44,613 nt of DNA, taken from the sequence record SRR31156797_7337; one strand, given 5' to 3'. A model generated the notes under the pieces. The model made no database searches. It was not told the origin of the DNA and worked only from the letters and a program-made list of their open reading frames with translations. Positions within the stretch are counted from its first letter, which is position 1. Each line of letters opens with the position of its first letter. Of the stretch, positions 1-11,400 are shown piece by piece. Made by a program: the position numbers and the translations under genes.

Positions 1-1044
1 ACGAACAAAACGAGCAGCTTTACGAGAAGCCTCAATATCTAATACTCCGGCTAAATAGTTGGGTTGATTGGCGATAATTGCCACAGGTTGTCCGTGGAAT
101 TTAGCAAAACCAGTGATGATATTTTTAGCGTAGTTACGATGTATTTCAAGGAATTCACCATAATCAACCATGGCTTCAATTACCTCTTGCATATCGTATG
201 GGATATTTGGATTTTCCGGTACGATAGTATTAAGCATGTCTTCCATGCGGTCAATAGGATCTGTACATTCAGTTACAATTGGATCTTCAAGGTTATTTTG
301 AGGAAGATACTCAAGTAACTTACGGATAAGCATTAATCCTTCATTTTCACTTTCAACCATAAAATGAGAAACACCTGATTTTGAGGCATGTACTTTTGCA
401 CCTCCCAGGTCTTCTGTAGTAATTTCCTCTCCAGTTACAGTTTTCACTACTTTAGGACCTGTTACAAACATGTAAGCATTGTCTTCAGTCATCATAATGA
501 AGTCAGTAAGGGCAGGAGAGTATACTGCCCCACCGGCACATGGCCCAAAAATAGCTGAGATCTGTGGAATTACTCCTGAAGCAAGAATATTACGTTCGAA
601 AATTTCAGCATAACCAGCAAGTGAAGTAACACCTTCTTGTATACGTGCACCACCTGAATCATTGATACCAATTACAGGAGCGCCAACTTCCATGGCCATA
701 TCCATAATTTTACAAATCTTCTGTGCAAACGTTTCCGAAAGAGAGCCGCCAAAAACGGTAAAGTCTTGTGAAAATACAAATACTCTTCTTCCATCAATGG
801 TTCCATAACCTGTGATTACACCGTCACCAAGAATTTTCTTATTTTCCATACCAAAATTGGTACAACGGTGCGTTACAAACATATCGAACTCTTCGAAGCT
901 ACCTTCATCCAGTAGCTCATCGATACGTTCTCTAGCTGTAAGTTTTCCTTTGGCGTGTTGTGAATCAATTTTTTTCTGTCCACCACCAAGGTAGGCTTCT
1001 TCGCGAAGCTTGATGAGTTCTTTGATTTTATCTTGTGTTGACAT
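1..1044 (-). CDS. Acyl-CoA carboxylase carboxyltransferase subunit (methylmalonyl-CoA decarboxylase alpha / propionyl-CoA carboxylase beta); 3' part runs off the window
   Basis: Missing from the ORF track. Manual translation from ATG 1044 gives [50 protein letters not shown]...[13 protein letters not shown]...[11 protein letters not shown]...[16 protein letters not shown], and the same frame reads SRKAARFVR at base 1. Directly downstream of mce. Confidence 0.93.
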   Translation of the reverse strand, partial: MSTQDKIKELIKLREEAYLGGGQKKIDSQHAKGKLTARERIDELLDEGSFEEFDMFVTHRCTNFGMENKKILGDGVITGYGTIDGRRVFVFSQDFTVFGGSLSETFAQKICKIMDMAMEVGAPVIGINDSGGARIQEGVTSLAGYAEIFERNILASGVIPQISAIFGPCAGGAVYSPALTDFIMMTEDNAYMFVTGPKVVKTVTGEEITTEDLGGAKVHASKSGVSHFMVESENEGLMLIRKLLEYLPQNNLEDPIVTECTDPIDRMEDMLNTIVPENPNIPYDMQEVIEAMVDYGEFLEIHRNYAKNIITGFAKFHGQPVAIIANQPNYLAGVLDIEASRKAARFVR

Positions 1045-1072
1045 TATAATATATCAAATGTGTTTATAAATA

Positions 1073-1474
1073 TTATTCGCTACATAGTTCTGTCAATACT
1101 CCAAAGGTTGATTTTGGATGTAAGAAGCCAATATTAAGTCCTTCAGCTCCTTTTCGACCTTGCTGATCAATAAGTCTAACACCATTTTCTTCTGCATCTT
1201 TTAACGCTTGATTTACTTCAGGCACTGCGAATGCAATATGGTGAACTCCTTCTCCTTTTTTCTCAATGAATTTTCCAACAGGTCCTTCAGGATCCGTTGA
1301 TTCGAGTAGTTCAATTTTAGTTTGTCCAACTTTGAAGAATGCAGTCTTAACTTTTTGGTCTTTAACCTCTTCTACTGCATAGCACTCCAGTCCAAGTACT
1401 TTTTCATAATAAGGGATTGCCTCGTCTAAGCTTTTTACAGCTATTCCAATGTGTTCAATATGTGTAGGTTTCAT
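1073..1474 (-). CDS. mce: Methylmalonyl-CoA epimerase
   Basis: VOC-fold motifs IEHIGIAV, KIELLE, GEGVHHIAF, FLHPKSTFGVLTELC; adjacent to the carboxyltransferase gene. Confidence 0.95.
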   Translation of the reverse strand: MKPTHIEHIGIAVKSLDEAIPYYEKVLGLECYAVEEVKDQKVKTAFFKVGQTKIELLESTDPEGPVGKFIEKKGEGVHHIAFAVPEVNQALKDAEENGVRLIDQQGRKGAEGLNIGFLHPKSTFGVLTELCSE

Positions 1475-1523
1475 AAGTGGTGAGTTATAAATTAGTGTCT
1501 GATTTCAATTTTTTCTCATTTTG

Positions 1524-1531
1524 CAAAAGTA
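1524..1531 (-). promoter_or_regulatory. Bacteroidota housekeeping -7 promoter element (TACTTTTG) for the mce operon
   Basis: Matches TAnnTTTG about 50 bp upstream of the mce ATG. Confidence 0.55.
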
Positions 1532-1594
1532 ATTATACTTAAGGGATTAAAAATCTTAGAAAACTTGTTTTAGAACATTTTTTGAGATTTTCAA

Positions 1595-4549
1595 TCATTG
1601 TATTTGCCTTGGCTTTATAGCCTCATAAAAAACTTTATGAATTCTGGTCCTTACATCTCGTGTAATTAATTTCTTATTATTACTATCAGGATGTATTCTG
1701 TTGCTCAGGAAAACAAAAAGAATGCCGCTTTCAGGGTCAGCCCACAAGTATGTGCCGGTAAAACCACTATGTCCATAACTATCAAGAGGAATGCCCCAAA
1801 ATGTAGGCCCAATGTAGTTTCTGCGGTATTCTGGCTTGTCAAAAGTAATTCCTCTTCGATTATCTTGGTTTGTGAAACTCGCTGTTGTAAAGAACTTTAC
1901 AGCATTGGTGGAAATAAACCGTTCACCTCCATATTTTCCCATGTTTAAAAACATCTGTCCAATTTTGGCAAGGTCATTTGCATTTGAAAACAGTCCTGCA
2001 TGGCCGCACACGCCACCTAGTAAAGCTGATCCCGGATCATGGACATAGCCATTTAAAAGCTGTTTTCTGAATATCGTATCGTTTTCAGTAGGAACTACTT
2101 TACTGAGATTTTCATTTTGATTAGGATTAAATTGCGTAGACATACACTTCATAGGTTCATAAAATGTATTTTTCAGATAGACGTCAAATGGCTTTCCGGT
2201 TAAATTTTCAACAATTTTATACATATAGTAATAGCCTATGTCACTATATAAATATCCTTCCTTTTCTCGTAGAGGCAATGTGTCTAAAATATGATAGAGT
2301 GTATCTTCTGCATCTTTTGAAGCAAATAAGTTTTTGGCCACTTGTACCTGATAATCGATTCGTTTTTTTGTTGAAAAAAAGCGGGGTTTATATTCTCCCG
2401 CTGAATCAAGCATTTCTTTGTAAAAAGGATGCCATGCTTTTAACCGAGCCTGATGAGTCAAAACGTTGATAATTTTCCTGGATCCCGGGTTTGATGAATC
2501 GGGTAGAGGTAAATAATCTCCAATGGTCTTTTGTAAATTAAACTTTTGTTCACCATATAGTTTCATTAGTGCAGGAGCAGAAGCTGTTATTTTAGTAATT
2601 GAAGCTATATCATAAATATCATCCAATTCAACTTTTTGTTTTTGATCGTAGGTGTGATATCCAAATGCTTTATAATAGAAAACATTACCATTCCGTGCCG
2701 CTAAAACGACACAACCGGGTGTTGCTTTAGAATTAATTGAATTTAATGCTATTTCATCAGCTTTTGCTAGTGTTTGAGGGTCTGCACCAACCAAATCAGG
2801 ATGTACATACCCTAATCTGGTTTTTTTGAGATTTATTTGAGTTCCAGCTTTGAAATTTGTTAATGAAACGGGCAAGGTTCCTTTAGCATCAATACCACCC
2901 ATTATTACTTGTGCACCATAATCATGAGTGTATTTATTATCATGGTAGGTTACAACAATAGATTTGAAATTAGCTATATCTTCAAACTTATCCAATGCAT
3001 ATGGATTTCCGAAATAGATTAATGAGGCATTATTGAACTTGCTAAATGTATTTATTGTCTGTTTTACACTTTCAGTTATTCCATATTTTCGATAAGGAGA
3101 ATTACTCGTACCTTGTACGGCTAGCAAGATATTTTGATGATTTTTTACTTTTTTTGCAATAGACTTTATGGCTGATTCCGATGCATTCTTCTTTATGTAG
3201 AAGAAATCAGCTTTTGTATAGTCATTTATTCGCTGATGAAAAATGTTTTCAGTGGCTCCAATGGTTACAACTGCAAGTTTGTTTAAGTTCTCGTTATTAT
3301 AAGGAAGTAGTTTTTTATCATTTTTTATGCAAGTAATGGCTTCACTGGCTATCCAATTATTTAGTTCATCAGTTTTCGGAGGATTAAGGTCTTCAATTAA
3401 ATTTTCAGTTTCAATTGGCTTAAGCGTATCCAATCCTAACCAGTATTTAGCTGCTAAAACTCGTTTGCAGCGGGTATTAATGAGACTTTCAGATAATTCA
3501 CCCTTTTGTATAGCTTTTTTGATAGTTCTAATTGAAATTTCTGCATCGGCCGGATAAAGAAGTACATCGTTACCTGCTTTCAAAGCTTCAACTTCAAGTT
3601 GGCCGGGTTCATAATGGTCTGCAACTCCTCTCATATTTAGAGCGTCAGTGAATACAAGACCAGTAAAATTCATTTTTTCCCTAAGTAAACCTGTAATAGT
3701 GGGTTTAGATATGCTTGATGGTCTGTGCTCTCTATCATCTAATGCATTTACCTGAAGATGAGCCACCATGATTCCATTCAACCCCAACTTAATTAAGTGT
3801 TTGTACGGAAAGAGTTCTACACTATTAAGTCTCCGTAAAGAATGATTAATTGTAGGCAGTGCATGGTGTGAATCAGTATCTGTATCTCCATGACCGGGAA
3901 AATGCTTGGCGGTAACAATTAAACGGCTATCGATCATGCCTTGCATGTAGCTAAAGGCTTTTTTAAGCACCTTACGCTTATTTTCTCCAAATGAGCGGCT
4001 ATTAATAACAGGATTGTTGGGGTTATTATTGATATCAACTACGGGAGCAAAGTTTATGTGTACCCCTAATCGACGACACTGTTTGCCTATTGCCAATCCC
4101 ATATCGTAAATAAGTCCATTGTTTGACATGGCCCCAAGCATCATTTGGCGTGGAAAAGGTTCTACGCTATCAAGGCGCATAGCTAATCCCCATTCTCCAT
4201 CAATAGCTATCATAATAGGAGTTTGTGCTGTCTTTTGAAAATAGTTGGTCAGATTGGCCTGTCTTACAGGTCCTCCCTGGAAAAAAATAATACCGCCAAT
4301 GTTATATTTTTTAACAAGATCGTTGATCTTTTTTTTATGATCAATTCCTTTGTTTGAATAAGCATCAACCATTATAAGCTGAGCTATCCGTTGTTCTAAT
4401 GTTAAAGAATTAAATACACTGTCGACCCAATGATATGTAGTATCAATGCAGGTATAATCACAAGGAGGTTCCTTTTGTGCAATTGAAAGTTTTCCAATAA
4501 GAAAAAAAAATGTAATTATTAATATGAGACGCTTCATTGGGTTATTCAT
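1595..4549 (-). CDS. GH3 beta-N-acetylglucosaminidase fused to a C-terminal beta-lactamase-family serine hydrolase
   Basis: NagZ-type motif KHFPGHGDTDTDSH and nucleophile region FTDALNM; C-terminal SxxK (ASITK), YSD and HSGFTG. Has a signal peptide. Start probably ATG 4549 or 4537, because the TAAATTTG element at 4564-4571 overlaps the track's GTG. Confidence 0.9.
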   Translation of the reverse strand: MNNPMKRLILIITFFFLIGKLSIAQKEPPCDYTCIDTTYHWVDSVFNSLTLEQRIAQLIMVDAYSNKGIDHKKKINDLVKKYNIGGIIFFQGGPVRQANLTNYFQKTAQTPIMIAIDGEWGLAMRLDSVEPFPRQMMLGAMSNNGLIYDMGLAIGKQCRRLGVHINFAPVVDINNNPNNPVINSRSFGENKRKVLKKAFSYMQGMIDSRLIVTAKHFPGHGDTDTDSHHALPTINHSLRRLNSVELFPYKHLIKLGLNGIMVAHLQVNALDDREHRPSSISKPTITGLLREKMNFTGLVFTDALNMRGVADHYEPGQLEVEALKAGNDVLLYPADAEISIRTIKKAIQKGELSESLINTRCKRVLAAKYWLGLDTLKPIETENLIEDLNPPKTDELNNWIASEAITCIKNDKKLLPYNNENLNKLAVVTIGATENIFHQRINDYTKADFFYIKKNASESAIKSIAKKVKNHQNILLAVQGTSNSPYRKYGITESVKQTINTFSKFNNASLIYFGNPYALDKFEDIANFKSIVVTYHDNKYTHDYGAQVIMGGIDAKGTLPVSLTNFKAGTQINLKKTRLGYVHPDLVGADPQTLAKADEIALNSINSKATPGCVVLAARNGNVFYYKAFGYHTYDQKQKVELDDIYDIASITKITASAPALMKLYGEQKFNLQKTIGDYLPLPDSSNPGSRKIINVLTHQARLKAWHPFYKEMLDSAGEYKPRFFSTKKRIDYQVQVAKNLFASKDAEDTLYHILDTLPLREKEGYLYSDIGYYYMYKIVENLTGKPFDVYLKNTFYEPMKCMSTQFNPNQNENLSKVVPTENDTIFRKQLLNGYVHDPGSALLGGVCGHAGLFSNANDLAKIGQMFLNMGKYGGERFISTNAVKFFTTASFTNQDNRRGITFDKPEYRRNYIGPTFWGIPLDSYGHSGFTGTYLWADPESGILFVFLSNRIHPDSNNKKLITRDVRTRIHKVFYEAIKPRQIQ

Positions 4550-4652
4550 TGATTTTGAAAGCACAAATTTAGTCTTGATTATGGATATTTCAACAAAAGC
4601 AGGTAAACAGTTTTGTAAAAAAAGTGTTAAATTCGTTTAAACCTAAATTTTT

Positions 4653-7600
4653 ATGTATATGATACGTTTAAAATTAATTCCCTTAATATTATTTGTAGGA
4701 CTGATTTCCAGTTCTTTTGCGCAAGAAACCCGATTATTGCGATTCCCTGATTTTCATGATAATAAAGTTGTGTTTACTTATGCTGGTGATTTATATTTAG
4801 CTGACAGAGCTGGCGGAACTGCCAGAAAAATAACTTCTCATGCTGGTTTTGAGATGTTTGCTAAGTTTTCACCTGATGGTAGTAAAATAGCCTTTACAGC
4901 TCAATATGATGGAAATACTGAAGTTTATGTGATGCCTGCTGAAGGTGGAACACCCAAAAGGTTAACCTATACAGCTACTCTGGGTCGCGATGATGTAAGT
5001 GATCGTATGGGACCTAATAATATGGTTACTTCCTGGACCCCCGATGGAAAATATATAGTATACCGTTCACGTGGTATAACATTTAATTCATTTGTTGGTC
5101 ATTTATTTAAAGTATCGGTTGATGGTGGTTTATCTGAAAGATTACCATTGGCAACAGGCGGTTTCAATACATATAGTGAAGATGGTTCAAAATTGGCTTT
5201 TAGCCGAGTTATGCGAGAATTCCGCACATGGAAATATTATGAAGGTGGTATGGCTGATGAAGTATGGTTATTTGATTTTAAAACCAAAGAGACTAAAAAG
5301 CTAACGGACAATGTAGCTCAGGATATTTTCCCGATGTATCATAATGGAGATGTTTATTTCGCTTCTGATCGTGATAGAACCATGAATTTGTTTGTTTACA
5401 GAGGAGAAAGTGGTAAAGTTGAGAAAGTAACAAACTTTGATGAGTATGATGTGAAATTTCCATCAAGAGGAACGGATGGTATCATTTTCGAAAATGCAGG
5501 ATATCTGTATATTCAAAAATATGAAGGAGGAGAGCCTGAAAAACTATCTATAAAAGTTATTAATGATCAACCTGTTGGAAGAGACGCGTGGGTTGATGCT
5601 TCAAAATATATTAATAATGCAACAATATCACCAAAAGGTAAAAGAGTAGCGTTTGCAGCACGCGGAGATATCTGGAGTGTGCCTGCTGAAAATGGTATTA
5701 CCTACAATTTAACTCAAACGCCTGGAGCTCATGATCGTAATGCTGATTGGTCGCCGGATGGTAAGTATTTGGCGTTTATTTCAGATATGGATGGTGAGGA
5801 TCAATTATATTTACTTGAAAACAAAGAAGATGCTGAACCATTCAAAATAACGGATAATAAAACATATATTTTTGGATATGAGTGGTCGCCTGATAGTAAG
5901 ATGATTGTATGGAGTGATCAAAACTATAACTTGAACTATTTGGATGTAGAAAAGAAAAAAACGATTCAAATTGCTCATGGTGATCATGGAAAGTTTTATT
6001 CGTACAGCTGGAGTCCAGATTCAAAGTGGTTAGCATATTCAGATGCCCGTGAAAATGAAATGTCAGTAATCATGTTGTATAACCTTGAAAGCCAGAAGAA
6101 ATATGAAGTAACAGAAAGTTGGTACGATGCCAGTTCACCAGTATTTTCTCCAGACGGAAAATATCTGTATTTTACTTCTGAAAGGGATTTTAATCCAATT
6201 TATAATGAGGTTGAGTGGAATTATGCATTTAAATATATGTCAAGTGTGTATATGCTTCCTTTGGCAAAAGATACGAAATCGCCACTTGAACCGACTAATG
6301 ATATGGTTGAAGTAGATAATGAGACTAAAGAAGAAGGCAAAAAAGAGGAAAGTAAGGATAATAATATTGTAATTGATACTGAGAACTTATCATCGCGAGT
6401 GATTGGACTTCCTTTAGAATCAGGATATTACTGGAATTTGATACCAGTTGAAGGTAAAATTTATTATACCACCATGAAGCAAGGCGATAGTAAGCCTACC
6501 ACAAAAGTTTTTGATTTAGAAAAGAAAAAAGAATCTGAAATTGCATCAGGTATTGGTATGTCATTATCTACAAATGGAAAGAAAGTATTAGTAAGTCAAG
6601 GAGGAAGCTATTTTGTTGAGAACTTACCTTCAGGTAAAATGAAACCTTCAAATAAGGTGAATACTGGAGATATGAAGCTTATGGTTGATAAAAAAGCGGA
6701 ATGGAAACAAATATATACTGAAAGTTGGCGACAAATGCGTGAATTCTTTTATGCAAATAATATGCATGGGGTTGATTGGAAAGCTATGCATGAAAAATAT
6801 GCCAAATTGCTTCCATATGTAAATCACAGAAATGATTTAAATTACTTAATTGGAGAACTCATTGGCGAATTGAATATTGGTCATGCATATGTCAACGGCG
6901 GAGACAGACCTGATGTTGAACGTATTAAGACAGGATTATTGGGAGCACAGCTGTCAGCAGATAAATCTGGTTATTTCAAAGTAGATAAGATTCTAAAAGG
7001 AGAAAATTGGCGTAAAGATGCCAGATCTCCATTGACCGAGCCGGGTGCTGATATAAATATAGGAGATTATATTTTGGCTGTTGATGGTAATTCAACTAAA
7101 GATGTCAATGACGTTTACCAATTACTTGTGGGTAAGGCTAATAAGGTAGTTGAATTACTAGTAAATGATAAGCCTTCAGAAAAAGAAGCGAAAAAGATTT
7201 TGGTAAAAACAACCGATGATGAATCAGAGCTTTATTATTATAACTGGGTGCAGGAAAATATTGATAAAGTAGCTGAAGCAACCAATGGAAGAGTTGGATA
7301 TATTCATATTCCTGACATGGGGCCAAAAGGTTTGACTGAATTCGTAAAATACTTCTACCCACAGTTGACTAAGGAAGCTTTAATAATTGACGATCGTGGA
7401 AATGGTGGAGGAAATGTTTCGCCTATGATTATGGAGCGATTGCGCAGAGAGGTCGCATTTTATAGTATGCGAAGGAATAAAAATTCAGTAGAGCCCAGCC
7501 CAACAAAACAGCTAGCAGGGCCTAAAGTGCTGTTGGTAAATGGTTATTCAGCTTCAGATGGTGATTTGTTCCCATATCGTTTTAAAACGCATAAAGCCGG

Positions 7601-7898
7601 TAAAATAATAGGAATGCGCTCCTGGGGTGGTGTTGTTGGTATAACAGGCTCATTGCCATTTATTGATGGTGGGCAGTTGAGAAAACCGGAATTTGCGCCA
7701 TTTGCAAAAGATGGTAGTAAGTTTATAATAGAAGGTTATGGTGTTGATCCGGATATTGCAATAGACAACGATCCTTATAAGGAGTATATGGGAGAAGATA
7801 CACAATTAAACAAAGCTATTGAAGTAATACTTGAAGAGCTTAAAACTAAAGGTGTTAAAACGCCTGCTATTCCTCCATTTCCCGATAAATCGAAATAA
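4653..7898 (+). CDS. Tricorn protease homolog (S41 family, beta-propellers + PDZ)
   Basis: Signal peptide, PD40-like WSPDG repeats, GYIHIPDM, IIDDRGNGGG, catalytic SASDGD, GMRSWGGVVG. Confidence 0.93.
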   Translation: MYMIRLKLIPLILFVGLISSSFAQETRLLRFPDFHDNKVVFTYAGDLYLADRAGGTARKITSHAGFEMFAKFSPDGSKIAFTAQYDGNTEVYVMPAEGGTPKRLTYTATLGRDDVSDRMGPNNMVTSWTPDGKYIVYRSRGITFNSFVGHLFKVSVDGGLSERLPLATGGFNTYSEDGSKLAFSRVMREFRTWKYYEGGMADEVWLFDFKTKETKKLTDNVAQDIFPMYHNGDVYFASDRDRTMNLFVYRGESGKVEKVTNFDEYDVKFPSRGTDGIIFENAGYLYIQKYEGGEPEKLSIKVINDQPVGRDAWVDASKYINNATISPKGKRVAFAARGDIWSVPAENGITYNLTQTPGAHDRNADWSPDGKYLAFISDMDGEDQLYLLENKEDAEPFKITDNKTYIFGYEWSPDSKMIVWSDQNYNLNYLDVEKKKTIQIAHGDHGKFYSYSWSPDSKWLAYSDARENEMSVIMLYNLESQKKYEVTESWYDASSPVFSPDGKYLYFTSERDFNPIYNEVEWNYAFKYMSSVYMLPLAKDTKSPLEPTNDMVEVDNETKEEGKKEESKDNNIVIDTENLSSRVIGLPLESGYYWNLIPVEGKIYYTTMKQGDSKPTTKVFDLEKKKESEIASGIGMSLSTNGKKVLVSQGGSYFVENLPSGKMKPSNKVNTGDMKLMVDKKAEWKQIYTESWRQMREFFYANNMHGVDWKAMHEKYAKLLPYVNHRNDLNYLIGELIGELNIGHAYVNGGDRPDVERIKTGLLGAQLSADKSGYFKVDKILKGENWRKDARSPLTEPGADINIGDYILAVDGNSTKDVNDVYQLLVGKANKVVELLVNDKPSEKEAKKILVKTTDDESELYYYNWVQENIDKVAEATNGRVGYIHIPDMGPKGLTEFVKYFYPQLTKEALIIDDRGNGGGNVSPMIMERLRREVAFYSMRRNKNSVEPSPTKQLAGPKVLLVNGYSASDGDLFPYRFKTHKAGKIIGMRSWGGVVGITGSLPFIDGGQLRKPEFAPFAKDGSKFIIEGYGVDPDIAIDNDPYKEYMGEDTQLNKAIEVILEELKTKGVKTPAIPPFPDKSK

Positions 7899-7915
7899 TG
7901 ATTAGATTCAATACG

Positions 7916-7944
7916 AAGGCGTCAACAAGTTTGACGCCTTTTTT
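7916..7944 (+). terminator. Intrinsic terminator
   Basis: AAGGCGTCAA-caagt-TTGACGCCTT followed by a T run, just after the tricorn stop. Confidence 0.85.
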
Positions 7945-7989
7945 AATGAAAAAAAGGTTAAATTGTATGCTTAATTTAAAATTATTGCC

Positions 7990-8448
7990 ATGAAGAGAAT
8001 ACTATTTTTATTGTTGGTTCCGACAATATTATTTGCTTGCGAAGCATTGACAGGTAAAGAAATTGGACGTTTACAAATAAATCAGGTTTCAACAGAAGGA
8101 AATGAAATTGTAAAAGAAATAACCTTAGAGCTAAAACAGGGAGAAGAGATTGCAGTATGGTCTGAGATGGATTTTAAATATGAAGGTGATTTAGGTATTG
8201 TTTTTCGTATTCAGGTGCTAAGAGACGGCGAAGAAATTTCTGTATTGGATATAGACCCAAGAGAGAAGAACATTACAATGAATGAAATTAAAACAGATGT
8301 AATGGATAAAATTGATTGGAGTTATTCTGGTAAGAATACTACTATAAGTATTGATGAAACATCCTCTTATACTTTTAGGGCCGGCCTTTTGGCTTCAGAC
8401 AATCCTACATTAGAAGTTAAAAAAGCGGAGCTTGTATTTAAGAAGTAA
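7990..8448 (+). CDS. Hypothetical lipoprotein
   Basis: 152-aa ORF with lipoprotein signal MKRILFLLLVPTILFAC. Confidence 0.8.
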   Translation: MKRILFLLLVPTILFACEALTGKEIGRLQINQVSTEGNEIVKEITLELKQGEEIAVWSEMDFKYEGDLGIVFRIQVLRDGEEISVLDIDPREKNITMNEIKTDVMDKIDWSYSGKNTTISIDETSSYTFRAGLLASDNPTLEVKKAELVFKK

Positions 8449-8467
8449 AAGTTGTTTTTATAATATA

Positions 8468-8492
8468 GAAAAGCACCTTTTCGGTGCTTTTT
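8468..8492. terminator. Bidirectional intrinsic terminator
   Basis: AAAAGCACC-ttttc-GGTGCTTTTTT between convergent genes. Confidence 0.8.
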
Positions 8493-11400
8493 TCATATTC
8501 TTACTCCTAGAACTGTGATATCATCAATCTGATCATATTTACCTTGCCAGTTTGCTAATGTTTCACATAAAATATCCTTTTGTTGACTGAATGGTTTCGT
8601 GTGGATTTCCATTAACAGCTTTTTGAATTTCTCAGATGAAAATTTTGTTTGCGTATCACTACTAAACTGATCCTTGTAACCATCTGTAAATAAATATATT
8701 GAATCATTAGTTTTAAGTTCCATTTTTTGTAATTCAAAAGGTATATTTTTATAATGAATTCCAACAGGTATTGGCGTTCCTTCAAGGATGATAAGCTGTT
8801 TATTGCGAATAATATAAAGCGGAGACTCAGCACCAGCAAAGTAAAGCGTGTTATTTTCTAAATCGATGTCTACAAATGCCATTTCAATACCATCCTTTAC
8901 TTCACTTTGCAAATATTGTTGTATTTCATTTTCACCGGATTCAGAAATTGATGGGTTTGTGAGTGATTGCTTTACTTGTATATTCAGTTCATCAAGTACC
9001 ATATTGGGGCTTTCGATTTCTGTTCTTCTTACAATTTCGTTCAGAAATGAAATACCCATAATGCTCATGAAAGCTCCAGGTACACCATGTCCTGTACAAT
9101 CTGCTACTGTATATAATAAATGATTTTTTATCTTCTTTAACCAGTAAAAGTCACCACTAACAATATCTTTAGGTTTAAAAATGATAAACGAATCCTTAAA
9201 GTAAAGCTTGAATAGGTTTTTATCGGGTAGAAGTGCACCTTGTATATGTTTGGCATATTCAATGCTATCAACCATTTTTTGCTGCTGAAGGCTAATTTCA
9301 TCACGTTGAGCTGATATTTCTTCTTTTTGCATTTCAAGTTGACTATTCTTTCGTTGAATTTCATGAGTTCTTTTGTTGACCTCATTTTCCAACTTTATTT
9401 TTTCTTTCTCAACTTTCTTTATGCTTAGGTATCTTATAGCCATCAGGATTGCAGTAATTATTGCCAGGTAAATAAAATATGCCCAAATGGTTCTGTACCA
9501 GGGTGGTTTTATTGAGAACTGATATTGTTGTTCATCTATTAGTTTTTCAGATAAATAAGCTCTTACTTTGAAGGTATAATCGCCTTCTGGTAAATAGTTA
9601 TACTCTTTCTCCGTTTTATTTGTAAATGAGCTCCAATTATTATCGAAACCATCGATTTTAGATCTGTATTGAACACTACTGTTTTTGTTGAAATTTATTA
9701 AAGTATACTTGAATGTCAGTGCGTTATTGGAGTATTCAATAGCTTTTACAGATGCTGATTCCGGATTGTTTGCAATATTAAGGGAATCGCCCGTTTTGTT
9801 GAGAATTATTGAACGAATCAATAATTGATTTTTGCTTTTTCGTAAGCTCTTTTGGGAAGCATTATATACTACTAGTCTATCACTGGTGCCAATTAAAACC
9901 TGTGTAGAATCTATGGGGTAAAATGCCAAATTATCTTTAATGGCTAAATTGTCAAAACTGAAAGGATACATATTAGAAATAGTGCCATCATTATTCATTT
10001 TTGCAAGTATTGGCTGCTTATTGTTTTTACCAATAATCCACCAATTTTCTAAAGTGTCTTTTTCAACTTTAAAAATATGTAAACTGGCATGGTCTTTTTG
10101 ATTTATATAACGCTTAAAGATATCTTTCTCTCTATCAATTTCATAAGTGCCAGAATCTGTGCCAATTAATAGTTTACCATTAAATTCAAAAAGGGACTTT
10201 TTTAACTTTGGTGACAACGATTCGCATTCATTAATGCATTTTTCACTTATAATTGATCGAAAATCCTTTGAAAAATTATACTTAATTATAGTATTGTTAT
10301 GATTTAACCCCCATAATATATGGTCAATAAGTATAGCGTTACTTAAAATTGGTACTTCATCATGATAAATGGTTTTAACAAGTTTATTCTCATGGAATTT
10401 TAAGGTATATAATCCACCATGTTCACCTATTCCAACAAATGTTTCTGGATTTTCAGTTGGTATAAACTTATTAATATTGGGACTTTGCGGAATTTTTTCG
10501 GCATTATAACCTTTAATAACATGCATTCCAATATTACTGCTTGAAGTAAAAAGTCTTTTTTGAATAAGGGCAAAATCCCATAATTTACGCCCTGAATTTC
10601 CTTCAATAAGTTTAAAATCTGGTTGCTTTGTAAATGGTTTCCATGTAGATTTGTATAGTCCTCTGGCTGTTCCTGTAAAAAGTTCGCCATATAATAATTT
10701 CATTGCGTAAATAGCTGAATTATTTAGACCTGAAGATTTATTAAAGTATGAAAATGGTGAATTGAAATGTATTTGAGAAATTCCAAATTCAAGGCCACTC
10801 CATATGTTTCCATCGTGATCGATAAATATTGAGCAGTGATCCTGATTTATCATGCCACTTTTCTCATTCATGTGCAGAGTTTTGTCTCCATTTTGATTTA
10901 GCACAATCACACCACTTTCAACTGTACCTAATATTAGTTGATCATTTTTTGATGTGCTTGCATAAACTTGAGATTGCTTAATAAGTTTATTATAAGGGGT
11001 TTCCCATTCAGCAAAGCCAGAAGATGTCTTTTTATAAATACCGTTTGTTCTGGTGATGAATAACAAATCTTTTCCAATTTTATGAATGTTTCGAAGGCTC
11101 AATTCTGAGAATATTTCACCACCAGGAATGACAGATATTCTCTTACCAGTGTAAATGCCAAGGCCGTCTCTGGTCTGAATATAGATTGTATCATTTATTT
11201 TTTGAAATAAACCTATCCAGCTAGAAGCCTTTTGTATACTTATGGTTTGTCCGTTGTATTTTAAAATATGACCATTTTCATCACTAAACCAAACTTCATT
11301 TTCGTGAAAGACAATTCTTCTAATGTATCTTATAGTGTATGATGTATCTTTTATTAGGTTTTTTAGGGATTTAAATAATACTGTACCGTTTTCTTTTTGT

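Noticed and set aside
64-994. Short + strand ORFs 64-318 and 812-994
   Set aside because: Antisense shadows of the carboxyltransferase gene.
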